The notes beneath the pieces were generated by a model that did no database searches, was not told the origin of the DNA, and was given only the letters and a program-made list of their open reading frames with translations. DNA of 63,260 bases, the filler included, from Salisapilia sapeloensis CBS 127946 (Eukaryota > Protista > Oomycota), in the NCBI GenBank assembly GCA_023334545.1. It is 7 parts of 7 records of this genome, joined end to end, with 100 filler letters (N's around TTAATTAATTAA, not from the genome) between each part and the next. Parts side by side here need not be neighbours in the genome. Positions count along the whole stretch, not along the records: positions 11,633 to 26,059 come from JAADVB010000386.1; positions 26,160 to 28,566 come from JAADVB010000909.1; positions 28,667 to 40,381 come from JAADVB010000426.1; 4 more parts are not named here. One strand, written 5' to 3'. This document shows positions 24,901 to 35,203 of the stretch, piece by piece. A program made the position numbers and the translations under genes. Numbering within the stretch: the first letter of the stretch is position 1; every line of letters starts with the position of its first letter.

Positions 24901-25920
24901 GGTTCCTGCTGCCTTATGTCTAGTTGGATGTTTGATAGCCTTCCGGACCTCATCTAGAGTGACAGGTTGAGTGAGGAGATAGTTATCTTCTTCGGTTAAT
25001 CTGCCTGACATTTTCCCCGTCCATCGTTGGATTTCTTTTAGTACCTCTGCTTGCCGTTTGTGATGTGGCCTGTGATTTGAGATCGGAATCCATCCTTCAG
25101 CCATGTAAGTCGCCGCTTGTCGACTGTCTGTTGACATTCTCTCATCTTGTTGAATGGTCGTGATTCTCTGGTTTGATTCCTATGACGACACTCTACGATA
25201 GAAGCTCCTTACATCATGCGGAAACTGAGTAAGGTAATCGCCGAATCTTGCTTGCGCTATTGCTCTTCTTGTTCCTTCATTATATGCGATTTCTCTTTCC
25301 CATGAGGTTACCTGAGCATGTTGCATTGCTCTTCGTTGTCGGCGTGTATGCATCCGTTGTTTCGTCGCTTGCCTCTCTTTTTCAGAACTGCATGCAGTTC
25401 CTTTTCCGTTCGTGTCCAGTCCTGTAGACTTTCCTGACCTAAGACTTTTTGTGCTCATGTGGCTACCTGTTCAAAAAGGCGTTCTTTGGTCGCTGTCTGA
25501 TTATTTCCAGTTATTGGATATAGTGTGTGCTTCGGGCTTTCCTCTTTACGGTACGGTTCTAGCATTGCTAACCGTAGAACTACCATCATATGGTCCGTTT
25601 GTACTTGAGGGACTGCTGTGTGGAGACTGCGCACTTTCCATTTATCTGTTAATCGACAATAGAATCGGTCAAGTCGACTTGCCCCCTCCTTCTTCCAATA
25701 GATAAATCGATGAACAGAATCTCTGAGGTCCTGGTCATCGTCATCCAACTCTGTCAAGATTGCATCTACCAGTTGATGCTTCCGCAGCAACTGTTTGAGT
25801 GCTCTACTTTCCGTTTGTCCTTTGACTGCTCTGTAGTTTCTAACTCGATCCACTAATGGCTGGATTACACAATTAAAGTCCCCTCCGATTATACAAGACA
25901 GGTACTACGGACTCTCGACA
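21965..25920 (-). mobile_element. 5'-truncated, frameshifted L1/Tx1-type LINE ORF2 (APE-RT-CCHC)
   Basis: APE IGGDFNC, SRLDRFY, TDHMMV; RT LDFRKAYDSVNR, GIKQGYPLAPLLF, SFVDDT; C-terminal CQYDACD...HVHLLWNCP...W; ORF2 stop at 21965. Broken across many ORF fragments. Confidence 0.92.
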
Positions 25921-26059
25921 TCGAGTTGGACTACGGATTGTAAAATATTACGCATATGGTATCGTCACATATTTATATCTTATAGGGAGCAGAATTGAAG
26001 TATGGACGTTGGCTATTAGCCAGGCGATCGCTCCAACTCTAAGCGAGATCGAACATCAT

Positions 26060-26159
26060 NNNNNNNNNNNNNNNNNNNNNNNNNNNNNNNNNNNNNNNNN
26101 NNNTTAATTAATTAANNNNNNNNNNNNNNNNNNNNNNNNNNNNNNNNNNNNNNNNNNNN
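26060..26159. other. assembly gap with linker
   Basis: N run plus TTAATTAATTAA. Confidence 0.98.
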
Positions 26160-26380
26160 AACATTCACTGAGCTGCATGCTTATGATCAACAGGCCCCCC
26201 AACTCACAAACCACACACATTCAGTAGACTGCATTCGAGAGAAGCGAACAAAGAGAGATCGGATTGGAAACTTCAATTGGTTGCTGTTTGATTTATTATC
26301 TTTCAGGCTTGGAAAAGCTGAGCGCACACGATTCGATGCAAGATGTCCGCTCTTCGACGCATAACATGATGAAATCAAAA

Positions 26381-27772
26381 TTAGAGGGATTCCACGGCAG
26401 CCTTGACGTCCATGAGACCGTAGCCGTAGACGTTGTTCGGGAACCGCGAGTCCGAGACATCACCGCACGTGTAGCCGCTGCTGCCGAGGTTCGTTTCCGT
26501 CGTGGCAGTCAGAACGGACACCACCGTTCCGTACGGGAGGTCGCCACCTTCAGCGAGCATGAGCGCGACACCGCCAGCAACGTGAGGAGTGGCCATGCTC
26601 GTGCCGGAAGAAGAGGCGTACTGGTTGTCAGACTGGTAGTAAGCAGAAACGACGTCCTTGCCAGGGGCCGAGATGTCCGGCTTCATCAAACCGGTGACGG
26701 TCGGTCCCTTGCTGCTGAAGGAGGCAATGTCGCTGCTCTTGGTGGTGGCGCCGACGCCAATGACGTTCGCCATGTCGCCAGGAGAGCTGGCCGTGCCGCA
26801 CTCTGGTCCTTCGTTGCCCATGGCAAACACAGGGATGATACCAGCCGTGTGCCACGCTTCCACGATGTCACCGTACCAGGTGTCTCCCTGTCCACCGCCC
26901 CACGAGTTGCTCACGAGGTGAGGCGCCTTGGAGCAGTCCTCGTTGTTGCCCTGGGCGTCCGTCGGGCACGTGATGAACTCACCACAGGCGAGTAGAGCAG
27001 ACTCGGAGCAACCGTCCGTGTCACAGCCCTTGCACGTGATCCAAGTGGAGCCAGGAGCAACGCCAATACCCTTCGAGCCGGCAATCGTGCCCATCGTGTG
27101 GGTACCGTGGCCCTGGTTGTCGTACGGAGCCGAGCGGCCGCGGTACGGGTCGTACCAGCCGTGGTCGCTGCGGTAGTTGTCGTTGAGCGCCTCGTGCGTG
27201 TAGTGGACACCGGTGTCAATGTGGGAAACGACGATGCCTTCGCCCGTGTTGCCAGAGCTCCAGACGTCCGGCGCATTGATGGCAGCAATGCCCCACTCCA
27301 CGTTGGACGCCTGCAGACGGCGGCTCGAGTTCAGGTCGGTTTCCGTGAGCTCGTTGTCGATGAGCGGAAGGATCTTCTCCTCACGCACCGAGACGACGCC
27401 AGGCACGGCAGCGATCTTCTCGACGAGCTCCTCCGTGGCACCCTCGATGAAGTGGGCGTTGGAGATCCAGAAACGCTTCGAAGTGACGAATTTGTCGTTG
27501 TGCTGAGTCAACGCAGCATCGAGCGAGCCTTGCGTCGTGTCGGAGCGGTCCTTCAGGGTCTTGACCACGGCCTCGATCTTCTCGGCACGAGTGTCGTAAG
27601 TGTTCTGCTGCACGCTCTGCAGCGATCCGATGGGCTTCTCCACCTCGACGATCAGGTTGACCAGGTCGTTCGCTTTCAGCGCACGGTGGACACCTGGGTC
27701 GACGAAGGCAGCCGAGGTAGAGGCGACGGCAACCGAGGCAACGATTGCGGCAGCGAACTTGGAGAGGACCAT
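26381..27772 (-). CDS. secreted subtilisin (S8, bacillopeptidase-F-like) with signal peptide and I9-type prodomain
   Basis: True start ATG 27772 (MVLSKFAAAIVASVAVASTSA). Catalytic triad IDTG / HGTHTMGT / GTSMATPHVAG; NSWGG; strongly GC3-biased codons. Confidence 0.95.
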   Translation of the reverse strand: MVLSKFAAAIVASVAVASTSAAFVDPGVHRALKANDLVNLIVEVEKPIGSLQSVQQNTYDTRAEKIEAVVKTLKDRSDTTQGSLDAALTQHNDKFVTSKRFWISNAHFIEGATEELVEKIAAVPGVVSVREEKILPLIDNELTETDLNSSRRLQASNVEWGIAAINAPDVWSSGNTGEGIVVSHIDTGVHYTHEALNDNYRSDHGWYDPYRGRSAPYDNQGHGTHTMGTIAGSKGIGVAPGSTWITCKGCDTDGCSESALLACGEFITCPTDAQGNNEDCSKAPHLVSNSWGGGQGDTWYGDIVEAWHTAGIIPVFAMGNEGPECGTASSPGDMANVIGVGATTKSSDIASFSSKGPTVTGLMKPDISAPGKDVVSAYYQSDNQYASSSGTSMATPHVAGGVALMLAEGGDLPYGTVVSVLTATTETNLGSSGYTCGDVSDSRFPNNVYGYGLMDVKAAVESL

Positions 27773-27803
27773 GATGGGAGTAGGAGCTTGAGCCGTAGAC
27801 AGC

Positions 27804-27819
27804 AAAAGTTGGAATGAGG
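27804..27819 (-). promoter_or_regulatory. oomycete INR+FPR core promoter of the subtilisin
   Basis: cctcattccaactttt matches GCTCATTYBNNNWTTY at all but the first base, 32-47 nt upstream of the ATG. Confidence 0.7.
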
Positions 27820-28566
27820 AATGGAACTAGAGCCGAGAGCTAAGAGTTCAAATATACCCGTATCAGGCGTGACTAGCTGCAGATCCTTTCCCGACATTTC
27901 AGCCGTGCGAAGAAGATCGACCCGGATGGCATAGCGACATGACATCTAGATAAAGTGTATGGGCAAGCTATCTCATAAGAAACAAGCGACAGTACTCATT
28001 GCTAAAGGAGCTATGGATCTGATTAGCTTATCAGATGGGGTTCAAGAAAATGAAGGTGTGTTCGTTGACAAGTTGTAGACGACCATGAGCCAGGGTTCGC
28101 TCACTTCACTTGCAGTATGTTTACCGGTAGAAAGATCTGCAGCGCGAGTTATCAGAAAAGCAAATACACATCGAGCTGTACACATCGGAGATTTGTATCA
28201 AAGGTTAAATGTCGATGAATATTCGAACGCCGATGCGTGTGTTCTGAGGCAGGCACCTCTCGATACGTTTTCGAGCATGGAGCACGTGAAGCATGCTTCA
28301 ACGGTCGCTGACATCCAAGATACCGTAGATTTGAAGTTGATTAAAACAAGCGATAGGTCACGTAAAGGAGCTAAACCACAACCACAAAGGTATCAGTACC
28401 GACAGGTATCAGCCAGAAGAGGGAGTACAGGATGCTTAAATACTGCCCACAAGCGAATACAATAGTTCTTTCATGCGGTTGCCGATTGTCCTACCTAAAA
28501 CAGTAGCGCTTTTCGTTATCGATCAGCCTAGAGATAAAGATTTGAAACGCACACAAAACGCATACC

Positions 28567-28666
28567 NNNNNNNNNNNNNNNNNNNNNNNNNNNNNNNNNN
28601 NNNNNNNNNNTTAATTAATTAANNNNNNNNNNNNNNNNNNNNNNNNNNNNNNNNNNNNNNNNNNNN
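28567..28666. other. assembly gap with linker
   Basis: N run plus TTAATTAATTAA. Confidence 0.98.
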
Positions 28667-28786
28667 CTTATCCGGCTGACGCGCAGTTCCAATGACCTTC
28701 CATCCAGCTTGAATCGTCTTTTCGGCAAGGCCGAATCCAATGCCTTGGTTGGCACCAGTAATGGGGCAGGTCTTTTCAGTGCTAAT
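28667..28786 (-). pseudogene. short-chain dehydrogenase (SDR) N-terminal fragment
   Basis: ISTEKTCPITGANQGIGFGLAEKTIQAGWKVIGTARQPDK contains the TGxxxGIG Rossmann motif. ATT sits where an ATG is expected (or TTAG is a splice acceptor); the frame runs into the gap. Confidence 0.75.
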
Positions 28787-28807
28787 GTCTGGCCTAAGCT
28801 TTCAGTA
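28667..28807 (-). repeat. 141-bp inverted repeat, left copy (exact reverse complement of 40241-40381)
   Basis: Base-by-base comparison is identical over 141 nt. Both copies end exactly at a gap. Confidence 0.95.
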
Positions 28808-29194
28808 ATGGTTGCTGCTGGTGCTTTTGGACATAAAGATCGGTCTAAGAGTTGATGTTAGGATAGAAACGGTATAGAATCATAGAAAGCGTTGACCGGG
28901 ACGACGTGTCTTGGATTTTATTGCCGTTGTATCGAGATACTGATAGTTACTTTGGCGATAGACGTTGTGTACAGAAGCATGGCACTAGAATGTTAGAACA
29001 GTGATGGTATTAAAAAGTATAGATCCTCCTCAGTAGATACGAATACCTCAAACCCATTCACTCATATCACTACAATACATCATGGCTTTAAAACACCAAG
29101 CAGTCTCCAATGGTAGCATTCAAATGCTCATATACATTTCCATGATAAACCTTAGACAAATCGAATACATCAAGAATCATGACTTTTAATGAAA

Positions 29195-29950
29195 TTACTG
29201 ACGATATCCAGTTTGGTATTGCACTGAGCCAAACGCAAGTCCAGACGTTGGAGCCCTGGCGAACGCACTGGTAGCAATCTCTTGCTGTGGCATGGCCGCA
29301 AGCTGCTTTTCCAAGTTTTCCAATCGAATATTCATCTTGTCCTTTTCGTCCATTAACGACTTCACCTGACGTCGCAGTGCCTCTTGCCCTGATCGAAGGC
29401 TAGTATTCTCTTCCTGAAGATCAAGCACTTGGCTTTTCAGAATATCTTCATTCGTCACATCCACAGATTCCATCGTGAACGTGTACTGTGGATCGAAGCC
29501 AGCACCGAGAGACAGGTTCAGGTTCAGTTTAAACTCCTCTCGACTCTTCCAAAGTTCCAGTCGATGGTTCGTCGACGGGTTCGCTGGAGCTTCCAGCGCC
29601 CTCAGCGCCTCCTTCAAGAAGGACACGATCACGTTACGAGGGAGAAGAACATCTGAAGGGCCGCAGCCGGCTATGCTCTCATCATCCAGCACACACTTCC
29701 TACTCGAGTAGATTAAGATGTATACCAAAGAATACATCCACGCCATCTACTTCTTTCAATAGAGATAGACAGGAGGAACAGTGTAGTACCATTTGAGTTT
29801 GGAAGCTTTTTCTTCCAAGACGAGAGTCGTCTCGAGTTTATCTGAGCATAGGTCATACAGGAAGGTTTCGATGTCCGACTCAAACCTCCCAGACTGTACT
29901 TCATAGTGAACAGCGTTAGCTTTGTCTTCTTTTTTCGTCGCTTGAGCCAT
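29195..29950 (-). CDS. head-domain + coiled-coil family protein, paralog A (221 aa, 2 exons)
   Basis: complement(join(29195..29699,29790..29950)); 90-bp intron splits a Trp codon (KLKW|KCVLDD). Homologous to paralogs B and C (SDKLET motif, ILKSQxxDLxEE coil start). Confidence 0.82.
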
Positions 29951-30161
29951 ATCTACTTCTGGTCTCAAATGAGGTCCGAATGAGTTTTTAAGCAAAAGAG
30001 TTTGCTCTTCTACTACATTTCTGCCAATTAAAACTAGGTAGAGGATGTGAAACGATCCAAGGGGGAAGGATGCGAGTTAAAACTCTTCATGGAAACTTGA
30101 TATATTGGTAGTTTGTAAAAGAAATTGAAATTAAAGAGGAAAGATAAGTGCTGTGCAATAC

Positions 30162-30847
30162 ATGAATGAAAGCGGTGTTATTATAGTGTACGCTCGAGAC
30201 TTGGATGGAAATATAACAGATGAGACGACCGGGTACAAGTACCACTTGGTATCGGATAAACTCGAGACACGACTGGTCTTGGAGCATGCAGTGTCGAAAC
30301 TGCAGTGGTAGATTATAAGATGTGCCGGCTATTTTCCATGGATGTAGCGTAACTTTGCTCCTAGGTCGTGCACACTGGATGATAAAAGCATTCAGACATG
30401 TGGACCAGCGGATCTGACGATCCCTCGAGCTACCATTGTGTCCTGCATTCAAGTAACGCGGTGCAGCATCTATACTCTTATACTATCCATTCTCATACGC
30501 AGAGCACGTAGGAAGCGCTAAATATGACCAAGGAAAAGTATGCGACAACCAGCAATCGCTTGCGTCTTCACAAGGCAAACAATGGTAAGTTGGACCTCGT
30601 CCTGGAGCTCCATCTGAACAAAAATGCTACAGCCAACTACCGCTTTAAGCTCCAAAGTCTGCATGTAGAGTTTTGCAACATTACAAAGGCGAAAATTCAG
30701 GACTTGCAAGCGGAGGTGCAGCAACTTCGGCTTCTTCAGAAAAATATGCAAGATGTCGTGACGAAGCAAGCGGCGAAAATCAAGCGGCTCGAAGACGTGG
30801 TAAATGAACGTGCGAACGTCGTATCGTATGTTACACTATCCCCTTAG
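30162..30847 (+). CDS. head-domain + coiled-coil family protein, paralog C (about 189 aa, 3 exons)
   Basis: join(30162..30307,30365..30452,30512..30847); 57- and 59-bp introns give ...LVSDKLETRLVLEHAVSKLQW|SCTLDDKSIQTCGPADLTIPRATIVSCIQ|EALNM..., colinear with paralog A. The 3' end may differ (possible extra intron 30800-30847). Confidence 0.78.
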
Positions 30848-31774
30848 CGTGCCGCTGGTGCGAAGCAAAGTATTCATATGAAGACCTCGTGGGCTACGGA
30901 CTGGCTACTAATCGCTATCCCGCTCGAATAGGATGTCTGCCATAAAAAATGAACGACATGGATTTTTCGCTTATTGCAAACACGCTTCCACTTGTGATCA
31001 ATGGCTGCTATCGTCCGTACACGATTGCCAAAGCACATTCGCGACAATCTATACATTCTCTTCCGATCATGTCACTCCAATTGACTTCAAGCGTCAGGAA
31101 TACATCAAGGTATAGAAACCGTCGGCGCGGATACGCTCAAGCGACTGACAAGCAAGCTCGACAACAATCCAAACACGCTTGCATCCAATCTACTAGGCAC
31201 AAATTCAATTGGCACCATATCGATCCACACGAGTGCATGCACCAACACAGACATAAAACAAATCAGAAAGCAATGCAAACGACAGCACAATGCCTTTCGT
31301 TCGCAGCCAAGACCATTGCAAATCCTTACTTCAATATCGTCTATCGCTTGCAAGTGGGTGCAGCCAGCACCGTCGCATAGTTAACATCAGGACAGGACTC
31401 GATGCAGCCCAGATTAACAAAAAGCCCAGCCCACTCTCCCATATCATATGCCGGGCACGCCACCCCAGTCCTCCTTTTTTTCCAACAACCTGGTCACATA
31501 GCAAGTCTATCATAAACTTATATATACCTAACTCCTGGCCTGCGCTCGTTCCGTGTATCTCTACCATTCATCTGTTCCTGCACCATAGCAGACGAGACTT
31601 TGGAGATCTTGGACTTACGCATGTAAAGCCTCTGTCTCGACAACACAACGACGATCGTGGCATTGCAATCGACATAGAACTTCGTCCGGCTTTCATAGCC
31701 AGCCGGTATGGATGAAGGCGTACGTACGTCACCCATGGAGCGCTCGATTGTAAAGCCCACGCATCCGGTTGGAA

Positions 31775-31790
31775 GCTCAGTTCCGATTTT
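31775..31790 (+). promoter_or_regulatory. INR+FPR-like core promoter of the GH17 gene
   Basis: gctcagttccgatttt differs from the consensus at one position and lies 46-61 nt upstream of the ATG. Confidence 0.55.
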
Positions 31791-31835
31791 ATCTTCCCTC
31801 GAGCACTCCTCCCAGCGCTAGATACATACAGAAAC

Positions 31836-33179
31836 ATGCAGATCCCGAAATACATGAGCGTCCTTGGCATGCTTGCCGCCATGAGCGTCGGCTCCGATGC
31901 CGCCAACTCTGGTGTTTGCTACAGCCCGTGGCACCACGATTCGGTCACCGAAGAGGTCGTCGCCTCTGACTTTGGCATCCTCAAGGAGAACTTTAACAAG
32001 GTTCGTACCTTCCACGCCTCTTTCTCCGGTGTCAACGTCGCTGGTGCTTGTTCCGCTGCTGGCCTCAAGTGCTCTATCGGTATCATGATGGACGACGGTG
32101 GAAACGTCCAGGACGAGATCGACGCTGCCTGTGATGGTGTCGCCAACCACGCCGACGGCATCGAAGCCATCTACGTCGGTAACGAGAACCTCAAGAACGG
32201 TGACTTCGGTACCTACAGCGCTGACGACCTTAACGGCTACATCGGTCAGATCAAGCAGTGTGTCTCCAGCGCCGGTGCCAGCATCTCCGTCGGATCCGTC
32301 CAGCGTATTAACGAGTGGACCGACGAAAGCGTTAGCGCCTCCCTCGCCGCCAACTGTGACACCATCGGTGTCAACATCTACCCGTTCTTCTCCGTCGGCG
32401 ACGGCAAGCCAATTGATAAGTTCCAGTCTCAGTTCGACATGGTCCAGAAGATGTACGGCGAGAAGGTCGTCATCACCGAAACGGGTTGGCCGACGGCTGG
32501 TTCGGACTACCAGGGCAACGTCCCGAACGTCGAGACCACGAACGAGTACTTGAACTCGTTCAACGAGTTCTGCACGGGCGGCACCGAAGGTTTCTTCTTC
32601 ATGGCCTTTGACTCCACCACTGCCTACGGCGGTGGCGACTACGAAACCCACTTCGGTCTCTACGACACCAACTCCAACCTTAAGGAGGGTATCTCGATCC
32701 CTGGCGGAGACGGCGGTGCCAACGCCCCGCCTGCCAGTGGCAATGGTGAGGCCAGCGGAAACGCTGATGGTGAGGGTGAAGCCAGTGGAAACGATGATGG
32801 TAACTACGGCGCTGAAGGTGACTACGGTAACAATGACGCCCCTGCTGCCTCCAACGGTGGTGACGCTCCTGCCCCGGAAGACGGCGATGCCACGCCTTCC
32901 CCGTCCGATGGTGGTGCCGATGTCCCTGCCCCGGAAGACGATGCCGGTAACAACGCCGATGCCCCTCCTGCTGACGCTGGCTCTGCCCCTGCTGACGCCA
33001 CGCCTGCCACGTCGGATGCCCCTGCTGCTGACGTCCCTGCTGACGCCACGCCCGACGCGCCTACCCCGGAAGATGACGCTGGTGACGACGGCGAGGCCAC
33101 GCCTGCTACTTCGGACGCCCCTGCTAGCACTCCGGCCGTGACGCCTGCTGCTGGCGCCCACAAGGACTGTGAAGCCTAA
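31836..33179 (+). CDS. secreted GH17 beta-1,3-glucanase/glucanosyltransferase with Asp/Ala/Pro-rich repetitive tail
   Basis: Signal peptide, GVCYSP, KVRTF, acid/base VGNE, nucleophile ITETGWPT, HFGLY. Then about 150 aa of DAPAPED/ATPATSDAPA repeats ending HKDCEA. Confidence 0.92.
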   Translation: MQIPKYMSVLGMLAAMSVGSDAANSGVCYSPWHHDSVTEEVVASDFGILKENFNKVRTFHASFSGVNVAGACSAAGLKCSIGIMMDDGGNVQDEIDAACDGVANHADGIEAIYVGNENLKNGDFGTYSADDLNGYIGQIKQCVSSAGASISVGSVQRINEWTDESVSASLAANCDTIGVNIYPFFSVGDGKPIDKFQSQFDMVQKMYGEKVVITETGWPTAGSDYQGNVPNVETTNEYLNSFNEFCTGGTEGFFFMAFDSTTAYGGGDYETHFGLYDTNSNLKEGISIPGGDGGANAPPASGNGEASGNADGEGEASGNDDGNYGAEGDYGNNDAPAASNGGDAPAPEDGDATPSPSDGGADVPAPEDDAGNNADAPPADAGSAPADATPATSDAPAADVPADATPDAPTPEDDAGDDGEATPATSDAPASTPAVTPAAGAHKDCEA

Positions 33180-34422
33180 GTGTTCCTGTTTCCTAGTGCC
33201 TGAACAAACAGCTTTTGTCGTAAAGGAGCATTTTTCTTGATTACATTGTCCAAGGTAGGCAATGGATCGAGGTACTTGTACAAGCTTCTTTATACATGAA
33301 AGGCTAGACGAAAAACGCGAAGGATTTTTGATTTTTGCATTCTGCTCTTAAAATGACTCATAGACAAAACACGCCTTTTATACCTTTTGTTTATGCTTTC
33401 CTGTCTTGCTTTGGTATCGAAGATGTACTCGGTCGAATGGATCTTGAGGATTCTCTCGGACAGTTGGATACTACAAAGAGGATGGGATGATGTGGACATC
33501 TACGTTATCTCACTAGATGTCGGCACTCGAGCCGCTTTGAAAGCACATCGAAAGGCTTATTGCAGTCTAGACACATGAAAGTTGTTCCATCGGTTTTTCA
33601 CTGCCTTTGCTAGCTGCGCAGAAGTAAACGGAATGGTCTTGTGCTGTAAAAATGTACAGTGTCGACTGTCGAGCATCCGAACACAAGTCTACTTCATAGC
33701 TTTGCGTCTGGTAACCTGGCACAGAAGGTTGAGAGGTATGATTGGAAGGACTGGGATGGATGTTGGAAGGCAGAGTGAAATCCTGTCAAGGATAGAAACT
33801 TGATCGTAGTGTAGGATAGAGGACGAGCCAGTATCGACTGCTTTAGATGTCGACAGTTTATCGGCATCCTGCAGATAACAGAACTGCTAGAGCACTCATA
33901 TAGTGTCGTGGGAGATGAACAGTCCAATTGGCCATTATGAAAGACACGGGGTAGATGCAAATGGAGGCCAATAAAGCATGCAAGAGGACGGTCAATTATA
34001 TTGTCCATTCGGAAATGGTGGGCTTTGCTCAGGCTGAAGCATACGGTATGATACTCTTTATCGACAACTTTACAACAGGAGAGATAACTGGAGTAAAAAA
34101 CTCAAGTACATTCTATTTGCAGGCGAATATGCCTGATGACTGTATTTAATTCACAGCGTCGAGTTCTTGTCTCAATATCGAACGACAGGAATGCCGAAAA
34201 CTATTCAGACGCTCACATCAATCCAACACAAACTAAGCGTTACCATGCCTTTAGCTATCAAAGCTCAGTGCATACACACGAAGGTTGTCAGATATTCTTA
34301 TAATGATACTTTGCTGTGCACCAAAAAATGCTAAAGGAAAAGAAAAAGGAGAGCTTTGTTCTCTTAGCCAGAAGCAACTGCAATACTGGTCTATACGCAA
34401 AATAAAAAGGTTCGTTGCCGAC

Positions 34423-35203
34423 TTACTTGCTCGTGTGGCTCTGAAAACCTTGTCCAAAGGTAAAGCCACCGAGGTTTATATTTGGTTGCGTCTGTGGTCC
34501 AGGTGTTGAAAGATCTTGCAATATCTTCACCTGCCGCATCAACTCCTCAATGTGTCTGTTCTGGCTTTCAATCGTCGCGTCACGCTTCTTATTGTCTTCC
34601 TTCAAACTCGCCGTGAGTTCCGTCAAACTCTTCGTTTCCGCTTGAACATCCGCCAATTGTGTCTTCAACTGCTCCGATTCTTCTTTCAGATCTTGCATCT
34701 GACTTTTCAAGATGTCCTCCGTCGTGACATCCATTTGTGTCATTGCAAACGAGAACTTTGGATTGAAAGCGGAACTAAGGGAAAGATGGAGGTCAATTTT
34801 CATGTCGTTCTTTGTCTTGTGGACGAAAAGCGTGTGCGACGCAGATGCAGTAGATGGATTCACGCGAGAGAGCAAAGCTTCTTTCAAGAAGTCGGCAACA
34901 TGGGTACGAGGTAGTTGCGTCCCCTCTGGGCAACACGCTTTCAAGGATTTATCCTTCATGACGTATTTCCTATGTCATACGAATGAGATGAGAGGTCATA
35001 TTGCCGTTAAAGCATAATCGGCAACGAGTGCACAAAAAGTACCACTTAAGCTTCGAGCTCTTCCCTTCGAACTCAACGCTTGTTTCGAGTTTATCAGATA
35101 GTAAAAAGTAGCGAAGCTCTTCGTGAGGAGTCACAAAGGAGCCCGATTCATCAATGTGATGCACAGCTTCATAGCTGTCGCCTTTCTTAGCTGCTTGCGC
35201 CAT
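34423..35203 (-). CDS. head-domain + coiled-coil family protein, paralog B (235 aa, 2 exons)
   Basis: complement(join(34423..34969,35043..35203)); exon 1 is 161 nt, exactly as in paralog A, with a 73-bp intron at the same Trp codon. FLKEAL and DILKSQMQDLKEE are shared with A. Confidence 0.82.

Noticed and set aside
27300-27340. RRLQ in the subtilisin as an RxLR-like translocation motif
   Set aside because: It lies at the prodomain/mature junction about 140 aa from the N-terminus; better explained as a dibasic processing site.
26264-27817. Long plus-strand ORFs (243 and 239 aa) over the subtilisin
   Set aside because: Antisense shadows caused by GC3-rich codon usage; no motifs.
28085-28465. 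126-aa ORF upstream of the subtilisin
   Set aside because: No recognisable motif, promoter or codon bias.
31818-33163. 447-aa antisense ORF and alternative-frame ORFs over GH17
   Set aside because: Shadow and low-complexity frames of a GC-rich repetitive gene.
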